A DNA stretch of 63,980 nucleotides, filler included, from Octopus bimaculoides (lineage: Eukaryota), in NCBI RefSeq assembly GCF_001194135.2. It is 5 parts of 4 records of this genome, joined end to end, with 100 filler letters (N's around TTAATTAATTAA, not from the genome) between each part and the next. Parts side by side here need not be neighbours in the genome. Positions count along the whole stretch, not along the records: positions 50,300 to 57,044 come from NC_068993.1; positions 57,145 to 59,488 come from NC_068983.1; positions 59,589 to 63,980 come from NC_068989.1; 2 more parts are not named here. One strand, given 5' to 3'. The notes below the pieces were generated by a model. The model saw only the letters and a list, made by a program, of their open reading frames with translations, did not search any database and had not been told where the DNA came from. A program made the translations under genes and the position numbers. Position 1 is the stretch's first letter. Each line of letters starts with the position of its first letter. Of this stretch, positions 53,885-63,980 are shown piece after piece.

Positions 53885-54120
53885 TGTAAATATATCGGAT
53901 CAGCCAACACATCTTTCAAACGACGCTTCCGCAACCACTATTCATCAAGGAATCCCATATGATATCAGATGGAAGATCATAGAACATGCAGGCCCATATA
54001 TTAATAAGAGTGGCCGTCGCAAAATCTGCATCACAGAAAGAACCAAAATTCTTTAGGACTATGCTAAGTCTGGCACGTAAAGAAATTTTCTCAAAATATG
54101 TTCATCTCAAGAAAATTGAA
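53885..54120 (+). pseudogene. PLE C-terminal GIY-YIG endonuclease segment, inverted relative to the RT
   Basis: + strand KYIGSANTSFKRRFRNH, then YDIRWKIIEHAGPYINKSGRRKICITERTKIL and RKEIFSKYVH (cf. YIG.T...FK.RY.NH; WSIL..A..Y...SKRC.LCL.EK..IL; RSEL.SKCRH). Confidence 0.8.
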
Positions 54121-54357
54121 TTTCCCTGTTTACTGGACAGACCATAAAGATTTTGATTATAGCTTCTTTTTATCCTCTAGTCCAGGGGAGACAACCCGTC
54201 CTCAATAACGTTTTATAGGTCAGCCGTTGGATCTCGTTATCGTAGCGTTTCCTCACGTCCGCGAGGTAGAAAGTTAAGTTTATCTTTGTATAGTCTGATG
54301 AGCTGTCCACAAGGCCTGTTCTAAATGGTTACACTATGAACAGAATTTTAACTCTTT

Positions 54358-54415
<58 letters not shown>

Positions 54416-54573
54416 TAATATATAATTATATAATTATATTAAAGGTTGCGGATAAAACCCACCAACACGCTAGAAATAAAGGCCAAATGGCTCTAAAAAC
54501 CACATTTACACTCCGTTAGCACAGGTTGTAAGCGGGCAGATGAAAAGATGAATAAGATTTTTTTCAATGATTA

Positions 54574-54630
54574 ATTGAAAATCGATTTCAGGCTTAGGGT
54601 TATAAAACCCCTTGCTGTCATCAGTAGAAT
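54574..54630 (-). ncRNA. Minimal type-I hammerhead motif, copy 1
   Basis: ATTCTA-CTGATGA-CAGC..GGG..CCC..GCCT-GAA-ATCGAT-T-TTCAAT. Confidence 0.65.
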
Positions 54631-55099
54631 ATGCCATAGTATATAAATGCAAATATTTATACATACCCAACATATATCGAACAACATATATCCGCACGAT
54701 TACATACATACATTTACATCTATACACTAGTAAAATCTGATTTTTTCATCTCAACCACGTGTTTTTACGATCGTAATAATATTGCAGCGAATGCAATTTG
54801 ATCAGGAGCAAAAATATATTTTTTATACAAAATTAAGGATAAAACCACTTTAATGATTATATCAAGTGGCCAGTGTGTAATAAAACCATACAGTTAACAA
54901 TTTATACTAATATATAATTGTATAATGTAATCATATTAAAGGGTGCAGATCAACCCCACCAACACGCTAGAAATAGACGCCAAAGGGCTCTAAAATTAGA
55001 TTTAACTAGTGTATACATGTAAATGTATGTATACAATCGTGCGGATGTATGTTGTTCGAATGGGTATGTATAAATATTTACATTTATATACTAATGCAT

Positions 55100-55156
55100 A
55101 TTGTGCTGGTGACAGCAAGAGCTTTTACAACCCTAAACCAGAAATCGATCTACAAT
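55100..55156 (+). ncRNA. Minimal type-I hammerhead motif, copy 2
   Basis: ATTGTG-CTGGTGA-CAGC..ACCA-GAA-ATCGAT-C-TACAAT; 6-bp stem I intact, A6 changed to G. Confidence 0.65.
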
Positions 55157-55414
55157 TGGCCATTTTTAAAAATCTCATTCATTTATTCATCTGCCCGCTT
55201 ACAACCTGTGCCAACGGAGTGTAAATGTGGTTTTTAGAGCCATTTAGTGTCTATTTCTAGCGTGTTGGTGGGGTTATCTGCACCCTTTAATATAATGATA
55301 TTATATAATTATATATTAGTACAAATTGTTACCTGCATGGTTTTATTACATGCTGGCCACTTGATAAAATCATTAAAATGGTTGTATCCTTAATTTTGTA
55401 TAAAATATATATCG

Positions 55415-56628
55415 TCTATACTATAATGCAGAAAGCTGCTCATTAATTAGGTATGTAACAATTACTAAAAGTACTAAAAGAAATATTTTTTATAAATTCA
55501 TGTTCCAAGGAATTGCCTATAATTTTGATTACTGAAGTTTATTGAATTTTTTTATCTCCAAATTCTCGCAAATTCAAATATTCATTGCATTCACTGCGTT
55601 CAATTCTTCATGAATTTTCAATATTCATTGCATTCACTGCAGAGTAGATTTTAATGTTTAATAATGAACACTATTAATTCGTTGCAGGCAACATTTTACG
55701 TTTTTATTTGCAACAGTCACTCATTCTCGCTCGCCTATATTTTCATTAATGATAATTTAATAATAGCTATATAACTTTGACACGAGACGCAATTTCAAGA
55801 ATATTATCAGTTACCGGAGTTTGTTAAATGAATATTTTTGATAAAATGAAAATTCTTTAATATACCGGTATATTTTTTAAATTTTAATGAAGAAGTAATT
55901 TTGTTGGTATGGCTACTTGGAACGCTACAAGCCTTACAATAATAACTATGTGGTCGCTGCTATTTCTAGCACGCTAAACAAGATAGTTTTTAACGAGCTG
56001 TCATTTATATATAATATGCGACTGAAATAGAAAATTAAACAGCAAAGGCACAATGGCAGAAAGAAAGACAGGTAACTGAATCGGATGAAACCAGGGCAAA
56101 GCGACTGAAACAGATGCCTGGATATGCACGGAGACGTAGATATGATTCTGTTTCCTCTACACATGACCGACTGGTTGGAGAATATTCTACTTCAAAGTAA
56201 TGGTGTCAGAATGCAAATTGTTGATGCAACACTTTTCTTTGTGATCATGTGGAAATAGTGGAGTTGACAACCAATCTAAGACTTCTTGCAGAAGGTCATT
56301 CTGATGAAAGAGAGTTTGATAATTACCTTCTTGATGTAGGAAATGATAACATTTCTGTTGAACAAAGCCTAGGTGAATTCAAAATCAAACTACCCAATGA
56401 CCCTTGCCTTGAAAGCGGTACTCTTTCAGATCTATGTGATTTTGTATATGCTGACCTCAGAAATACATTCACAAACCCTGTGGGGTTTGCAAATAGAACC
56501 ACTGTTACTCCAACAAATGAAGCAGCACAATTTGTGAATGCTTTTCTGTTGACCAGAATCCCTGGTGAGCTAAAAATATACAAAAACTCAGATACAGTTG
56601 ATAATGAGACTCTGTACCCAATCGAGTT
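55415..56628 (+). mobile_element. Internally deleted Helitron (candidate TCTATACTATAA 5' end plus Pif1-like helicase fragment)
   Basis: LTTNLRL..EFDNYLLDVGN..DFVY.DL..TPTNEAA..VN.FLL.RIPGE.K.Y...D.V..YPIEF matches Helitron helicase motifs; the 5' end is tentative. Confidence 0.75.
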
Positions 56629-57043
56629 TGTAGGGAAGTGGTTATACACCATTAGGTGTACTCCGCTTCCGTACATTAAATTTCTTGAAGAAACAACGGA
56701 ACGCAGATTCTGAACTATCAACACAACAATATTTATTACAATAGAATTCGGCTCACAATAGGAGGGAATTCGGCAGCACTTCGCCCTTTGGTTATTGAGA
56801 CGCCATCAATGAAGTTGCGTGGTTATTTGTGTAGCTCCAGAGTTGGGTTGTTGGAGAGAGGCTGCTGCGACGTCTAGGCTTTTCGTCGGCCAGCGAAAGA
56901 AGAGAGTGAAAGAAGCGCGAAAGCTTGGATGTCGATGACTACGCATGCGCATGAGACTCTTCCTGTATTCCTTCCGGAACTAGTCCCTGTGCATGCGTGG
57001 ATAAAAACTCCGGAAATGTCGTCTGCTATAAGTCGTCACTACA
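56629..57043 (-). mobile_element. LTR (probably solo, 415 bp) inserted in the Helitron helicase
   Basis: TG..CA termini with short inverted ends (TGTAG.GA / TC.CTACA), AATAAA on -, interrupts the helicase exactly after YPIEF; right flank lost in a gap. Confidence 0.75.
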
Positions 57044-57144
57044 ANNNNNNNNNNNNNNNNNNNNNNNNNNNNNNNNNNNNNNNNNNNNTTAATTAATTAA
57101 NNNNNNNNNNNNNNNNNNNNNNNNNNNNNNNNNNNNNNNNNNNN

Positions 57145-57181
<37 letters not shown>

Positions 57182-59160
57182 TTGTATATATGAATATAAT
57201 CTGATCGAATATTGCCATCTGTCGGAATCAGCAAACGTGCGATGTAATTTGATTATCTAAATAGCTGTAACTTGTAGCAATAGTCACTCTGTGTATTCAA
57301 TAAACTGAGGATCATATACAATGGATCTCAATAGAATTTAAGAAATATGACTAAACATTCATCTGAAAACTTGAAATTAGTTACCTTAGTTCCATCTCGT
57401 AACGGTGCTGATATTGTATTCACATAAAATTTTAACCATTTCCACTTAAGGTGGTAGGTGCCACTACAGATATCTTAAGATAGTCATGTACATCCACTGA
57501 TGGAGGACAAGGATGAAAGTTTTGTTTGCTCGAGCAAGCAAAAATGCGCTAAAATGACAACACTTTTAACCAATATGGTCTCCATTGAGTTGAGCTTGCT
57601 ATAGCAATAACGGATTGTCACATGATAAATCAATTCCTTTCATATCAGTTTAAAGGTGTCTGAAGACAAAATATAATACATAAATGAAGTGATAATGAAT
57701 TTGCGTAACATGTAACGTCATTAAATATTAGCAGGTTTCGTTGGGATATTAGCGATAAATTTGGCGCCGATTCATTTATGATACATCCTACATCTGCATC
57801 ACAGTAAAGACCCCAAAATTAAACAACATAACATGATCTTAGGAAGGAATAAGTAGCGACAAACACGCTGCATCTTCTCAAGTCAGGTAAGAAATTCTTG
57901 CAAAGCAACCGGACTTCTGGATCCTGTATGGATATAGATTTTGGCATATTTGTGTAAAGAAATTATATTTAGCAGATAATTACCTGTGATCCATGAGTAG
58001 TGATAACTACGGCGACGAGGATTGCAATAGCAATCATCTCATAGCTGATTCATAGTGTTTTCTGAGCAGCATAATTGTTAGGGCCCGAGTTTAATAGTTA
58101 CGATTTGAGTTAAATAACATTTACAGTTTGAATTAAATAACATTGATGTCAGCTTTGACTTTTATCCATTTGTAGGCCAATCAAATTAGTATCTCATCGA
58201 TTATAATGCTCCTTCAAATATGATGCCTTCTGCTTATTAACAGATATAGGGATATAAAGAAGTCCAAACAGTTTTCAACCGTAAGCAGAGCCACATCATA
58301 AAATGGTCAATATTTTTTTAAGTAAACGCCGGAGAGATGGTTATTGCACAAAGGGTAAAAAAGTAGTGACTATAAATAAATATGTATATGTGTGTGTTTA
58401 TATATATATATACAGTGAGAGACAGGGGGAGGAGGAGGCGGAAGAAGAGAAAGTAAATGGCAATATTTGGAATTCCAGATAATATGATAAGTAACTCTTT
58501 CAATTCTTATTTCCTAAAGTTATTCTAGCAACGTTGGCTAATATCCAATGACCCTTTTCATGTCCACAGATTTTGTCTGTGCTATAAATATGTGAGTATT
58601 CATCTAAGGTTTATGTGATATCAAATGTGTATAATGAGGTACAATTCGAGTGAAGCGTATAAATATAAATGATTCGTCTTAAGATGAATCACCTTTGAAG
58701 ACATATAATCACGTACTTCTGTATCATGCGAGATATTGAACATCATAAGTGTATTTAATTTCTCTCTTCTTCCAACACATGAAAAAAGTAATATATTTCT
58801 AACATCAAATAATAGATTAAGCAGTGCAGTTAATTTACATACATATGTGTGCGTGTGTCTTTGTGTGCATGCATATCATTATATATATGTATGTGTGTGT
58901 GTGTGTGTTTATGCATTTATGTATGTATGTGTCTGTGTGTACATATGTGTGTGTACGTTGGTATGTATGTGTGTATATATGGAGTGTACTATGTACTATC
59001 AGGCTTTATGTTACATTCCATAAACACTCACTGTCATATTACCAACAGAAACCCTCCCTACCACATACAATTACAAACACGTACCCACACGCTTATATAT
59101 AACGTACACATCCAGAAATATAAACCCACCCATTTGTCTGTCTCTCTCTCTATATATAAA

Positions 59161-59400
59161 CAATTGCAGCGTGGAAGGTGTTTATAAGCCACTAAAAACA
59201 CACAAACACAGTTAGATTCACTTCAACATTTAAACTTAACTTCTCAAAAGTTTTTCGACGCTATGTGACCGCGACCTGTTCACTGACAGAATTCGGTAGC
59301 GGTCTTAAAGCGACGAAAATATTTCGACACATCAATTTTAAATGTTGAAATGGACCTAACACATTCTGTGTGTTTTTAAATGCCTTCCACGATGTAATTG
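59161..59400. mobile_element. Palindromic (foldback) PLE-like element carrying hammerhead-like halves
   Basis: CAATTGCAGCGTGGAAGG..TAAAAACACACA..GTTAG.T.CA.TTCAACATTTAAA is mirrored by TTTAAATGTTGAA.TG.A.CTAAC..TGTGTGTTTTTA..CCTTCCACGATGTAATTG. Confidence 0.8.
59242..59288 (-). ncRNA. Hammerhead-like motif with G3:C8 core variant
   Basis: TGTCA-GTGAACA-G-GTCGC/loop/GCGTC-GAA-AAACTT-T-TGAGA; the right arm supplies GCGAC-GAA-AATATT-T-CGACA. Confidence 0.55.
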
Positions 59401-59588
59401 TTTTTGTTTCAACACTCGATCTCAAATCAAGTCACTTGCTATCCAAGTACAACTCCGTAATATAAATATATATATATATATATATATANNNNNNNNNNNN
59501 NNNNNNNNNNNNNNNNNNNNNNNNNNNNNNNNTTAATTAATTAANNNNNNNNNNNNNNNNNNNNNNNNNNNNNNNNNNNNNNNNNNNN

Positions 59589-59642
59589 AAAACTAACCCT
59601 AACTCTAAAACCCGAACCCTAACCCTAAAACCCTAAAGCTAA
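59589..59642 (-). repeat. Degenerate (CCCTAA)n telomere-like tract at a contig start
   Basis: AACTAACCCTAACTCTAAAACCCGAACCCTAACCCTAAAACCCTAAAGCTAA. Confidence 0.7.
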
Positions 59643-60427
59643 AATCAGTACAAACGCACGAACGATGTCATAAATAAGAGTAACACGGGTAGTTGTTGTT
59701 GACAAACAACGGCACTAATTTTATTCAAGGGAAAAGATCCCATGACACCGTTGTTTACATTTCCACGGCATTAATTGTTTTCACCTCAATAGACGTCAGT
59801 GATTGGTTGAAATTACCGAAATACGACAACTTTTTACATGAAATAACTTCGAATACAAAATTTTTTATTTGTTCTATAATACAAAATATACAAGCATACG
59901 AAGTTTGAAAGTGTTTCGGTACCAAAAACACTACATAAAACATTAATGAAAAATGTTGCCCGTCAAGCCAAAAAGATCCAATAATATTGATACTAATAAT
60001 AATATGCCCTGGGTATGGCATGAAACTTCATCTGGTTGTGACGTCTTGACGGGAGATGAATAAGGTTACCCTTAACCATAACTACCTTCATGTCACCGTT
60101 GGGCAAGATGTAGTAGCTGTAAGCCCATCCCCAGACCTTGAAATACCAGGTTGGCGTCTGGTGGGGTTAAGTCTGTCTCTCGGCAACTCCTATAGAGATG
60201 GTGTCTCAATAAAATCACCCGGTGGTTGTGTCACCTTATCACCAGAATCCCCGTGAGTGAAAATGTCAAATACAAGGTATTAAACAACAGCATGAATGAG
60301 GCTGGAAGTGATTACAGTGTATACGAGGTTAGGTGTGGACTCTGAGCCTTGGTTAGCAACCCACCTAGTGATGATGTCACGATAAAAATACTGGTGGTTC
60401 ACAACTTTTCAAATGCTACTTCTGAAT

Positions 60428-60703
60428 CAGTGGTTCCCAAAGTGGGCAGTATTGCCCCTCCTGGGGTCGGTGGAAAGTTCCAAGGGGGTGTTGAAGAAAA
60501 GTGGGGCGACAATGGGGTAGCGATTGATGTAAAAAAAAATGGGGCGATAATGGAGTGGCGATTCATGTAAAAACAACAAAATAATGGGTTCATTAGGTTA
60601 AGTTTTATTTGTGAAACACAATTGCTTTTGAATTTGCTTCAGAAAGAGGAATGTGGCCTGGGTGTCAAGGGGGCGGTAGCCTGCAAAAGTTTGGGAACCA
60701 CTG
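60428..60703. mobile_element. hAT (Charlie-like) MITE
   Basis: TIRs CAGTGGTTCCCAAA / TTTGGGAACCACTG; 8-bp flanks TTCTGAAT and CTCTAAAT (6/8 match). Confidence 0.85.
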
Positions 60704-60714
60704 CTCTAAATGAT

Positions 60715-63400
60715 TGATGTCAAAATCAAATAATAAACACAATTGCGCTATCGCGACCGGAACTGTTAACGACGAAGCTGCCGCGTACGGCAGGCAAGGA
60801 GCGTCTGATCAAACTCCGGCAGGTTGTCATCAAGCCATTGATCAGGACCAGAATCGAAATCAAAAATGCAAAAGGAAAAAAATTAAATGGGAAAAAAGAA
60901 GTAAACAAAATTGTAATTGAATGCTGGTTGAGAAGGGAGCCAAATAAATGAGGTTTCATGAAACGGATGAAGAAAATATGGGAGGAAAAAGAAGTTTTTG
61001 AAGCATCCGACCAGGCAAAGGCAAATCGTATAAATGACTGAGATGCGGAAAGAACTGGGGCAATTGAATAGGTTAATTGAATGAAAAGAGAACTCAAGAA
61101 TGGGATAGTAATCAGAAAGTTGAATATACAGTACAGGTTAGAAAGAAGAACGCAAACAGTACATGAAGAATTATCACAAAGGGTGACAGCGTTAAAGGTC
61201 AAACTGAAAAGATGCTAGATGCAAAAGCTTTGAACAGAATAGACTTTCCAACCAAATAGAAGGCGTCCTTTTGAGAAAATTGATGGGGACAAACATCAGG
61301 AACTGATTCCTGATGTAGAAGAAAATAAAATATTTTGGAGAGAACTGTGGAACAGGCCGGTGAGACAGAAAGAAAGCGCAGAGTGGCTAACAAGGGTGGA
61401 AAGATAACTTGCAACTGTGTCAAGGCAAAAGGACGTCAGAATCGATCTATATACAGTGAGACTAAAGTTAAAAACTTCACACAGTTGCATGAAAGGATCG
61501 CTGCACAACTGGGTGGTCACATGCCTGCTGCATGGTCACATCCCTACCTGGATGACAAGTGGACAAACGCTGTTATGTCTCAAGGATATTTTGAAAGGCA
61601 CTTTTGCATCAAATTTTCGACCTATAACCTGTTTACCATTAATGTGGAAGCATACGACTGGTGTATTGGGGGAAAAGCTATATTATCATTTAGAAAGTAA
61701 CAGTCTACTTCTAGAAGAGCAGAGAAAGATGCAGAGAACAAAGTAGAGCAATAGTTATTAGTTGACAAAATGATAATTAGAAACTGTAGAGGCAGACTGG
61801 TGGGATTAAATGTAGCATGATTAGATTACAAAAATGCATATGACATGATACCGCACAGTCGGATAAGTAAAACAATGAGCATGTTTGGAATGGCAGAAAA
61901 TATGGAGAAAATGCAAGACTTAGGAAAGTGAACATCAGACGTGGAATATTTCAAAGTGGTAGCTTATCTCGACTACTATTTGTACTGGCCATCATACCGC
62001 TCAGTTAGATACTGCGTAAAGTTAAAATGGCTTACAATTTGGGAAACGGCTATGGTCAGATAAATCATCTTGTTATGAATGATATAAAAATTTATGCGAA
62101 AAATGAGTAACAGCTTAAAAATCTTATACATACCATTCGCATTTTCTCAAATGATGTAGTTATGGAATTTGGGAATCGAAAAATGCGCTATGTTGAAAAT
62201 GAAATGAGGAAGACTTGAAAGAAGCGAAAAAATTGAAATGCCAAATGGGTAAACAATGAAAGCGGTTGAGAAAGGACAGTGGTATAAGTAGTTGGGAATA
62301 CCGGAAACAGATGAAATAAAACATGAGGAAATGGAGCAAATTATCAGTAGAAAGTATTCAAGAAGAGTGAGAAAATTATTGCAGTCAAAGCTGAATATGA
62401 AAAATGTTATTGAAGCAATGAATGCAAGAGCAATGCCTGTTATCAGATATGAAGTTGGAATTGTAGACTGGCCGAAAAACGATATACAGAAACTTGACAG
62501 AAAAACTAGAAAGCTGTTGACAGTGTATGGAGCCCACCATCCAAAAAACTGATATCAACCGGCTGTGCCTGAAGAGAGACTAAGATGGAAGAGTGTGTAT
62601 ATATGGAAAGAAGAGTGTGTACATATGGAAAAAAAAAAACATACTAGAATATTTACAGAATAGCACAGAGAAACTACTTAAGACAGTGAGTAAGGAACAA
62701 GTGATCAAGTGCGGACTAGGAGAAAGGGACAAGAATGAAATTCAAAGAGAGCACATGAGACAGATTGAAGAGAAACCTCTGTATGGTCAATTTTGGAGAG
62801 CCACTGAAGAAGTATGTGGAACAAAATCCTGAACTTGGTTTTTAAAAAAGGGTGGGGTAATTAAAAAAAAAGAAACAGAGAGCCTAATTGTAGCAGCCCA
62901 GGATCAAGCGATAAAAACTAACAACTTGAGGGAAAATGTATATGGGGAGAATGTGTCACAAAAATGTAGAATCTGTGGAAGTTGGAACGAGACAGTGACA
63001 CACATTGTTGCAGAATGTCCCAAGTTGGCATAGGAAGAATGTAAGAAATGGAGGCATGACTAAGTAGTAAAAGTTTTACACTGGAAGTTTTGCCAGAAAT
63101 GGGAATTTGTAGCTGGAGACACATGGTATGAACATAGGGTCGAAAGTGTGCTAGAGTCGGATAATTGTGAGATTCTGTGGGACTTTCCTATTCAAACGGA
63201 CAAGAAACTAGAAAATAACAGGCTAGACAAAATAATAGATAAGAACAAGTAAATCTGCCAAGTAAATAATACATCATGCCCGTTTGGTTCCATGATTGTA
63301 AAGAAAGAGGATGAAAAAAAATATAATCCCTTAAAATTTGAAATTTCAAGAATTTGGAATATGAAAGTTGTACGGGTAGTAAGGTTACAGGTGGTAACCC
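60715..63400 (+). pseudogene. Near full-length decayed R4/Dong-clade non-LTR retrotransposon (RT + CCHC + restriction-like endonuclease)
   Basis: [82 protein letters not shown]...ETVTHIVAEC, RHD, LWDFPIQTD. Confidence 0.92.
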
Positions 63401-63474
63401 GCTACCCATGTAAATTCCACCAGGAATAACAACGAACCTGACTCAAATCAATGATAATAATAATCCTTTCTACT

Positions 63475-63678
63475 AAAGGCAAAAGGCCTGAAATTTGGTG
63501 AGAGAGGACTAGCTGATTACATCGACCCCAGTGTTCCACTGGTACTTAATTTATCGGCCTCGAAAGGATGAAAGGCAAAGTCGACCTCAGCGGAATTTGG
63601 ACTCAGAACGTAGCAACGGGCGACATACCACTAACCATTTCGTCCAGCATGCTAACGATTCTACCAGCTCGCCACCTT
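63475..63678 (-). mobile_element. SINE family C
   Basis: GAAAGGATGAAAGGCAAAGTCGACCTC..GCTAACGATTCTACCAGCTCGCC. Confidence 0.85.
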
Positions 63679-63702
63679 AAGAAGAAGAAGAAGAAGAAGA
63701 AG

Positions 63703-63980
63703 AAATGATAAAGAGCTGGAAACACTACTACAGACAGTACATGGATTTACCAAAGAAATAGATATGAAATTTGGATTAGAAAAATGTGCCAAAGCAACCC
63801 TGAAAAGAGGAAAACTAGTTAAGAGTAGAAACATCACACTAGATAAAGCCAATGAAATAAAATAATTAGACGAAAGCCAGCCATACAAATATTTAGGAAT
63901 CAATGAACTAGATAGGATACAACACACACAAATGAAAGAAAAAATAAAGAAAGAGTACTATAGACGAGTTAGATCAATAC
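63703..63980 (+). pseudogene. Second, better preserved 5'-truncated R4/Dong RT fragment running off the window
   Basis: NDKELETLLQTVHGFTKEIDMKFGLEKCAKATLKRGKL..IK*LDESQPYKYLGINE..MKEKIKKEYYRRVRSI. Confidence 0.9.

Larger units (their letters stand above)
54415..55412. repeat. Tandem plus inverted repeat array (PLE pseudo-LTR-like), about 320-410 bp unit
   Basis: 54415-54735 is mirrored by 55000-55320; 54810-54995 is a partial direct copy mirrored by 55240-55412. Confidence 0.9.

Noticed and set aside
56249-56713. 154-aa ORF as an intact host Pif1 gene
   Set aside because: It is an internal Helitron helicase fragment whose last 28 codons come from an inserted LTR.

Overview
AT-rich animal genomic DNA, saturated with microsatellites and tRNA-derived SINEs. 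The SINE families resemble those I recall from Octopus (cephalopod); this taxon call is inference. The window has several N gaps, four of which carry an artificial TTAATTAATTAA spacer, so it is probably a join of at least five contigs. I find no confidently identifiable host protein-coding gene, no rRNA and no CRISPR. Almost all listed ORFs are microsatellite read-throughs or transposon relics. Recognisable content: three R4/Dong-type non-LTR relics, a Chapaev transposase pseudogene, a full-length decayed mariner, a Penelope-like element (PLE) with RT and an inverted GIY-YIG segment, a Helitron fragment interrupted by a solo LTR, a Helentron-type HINE, hAT and Tc1/mariner MITEs, a tRNA-Asp pseudogene and a 3'-truncated U2 snRNA retrocopy with a target-site duplication. 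The most interesting signals are: (1) several minimal type-I hammerhead ribozyme motifs in PLE-like terminal repeats, apparently with different core 3:8 pairs (C3:G8, G3:C8, possibly U3:A8); (2) a foldback element carrying a (TTAGGG)n tract; (3) the U2 fragment. SINE and microsatellite boundaries are approximate.
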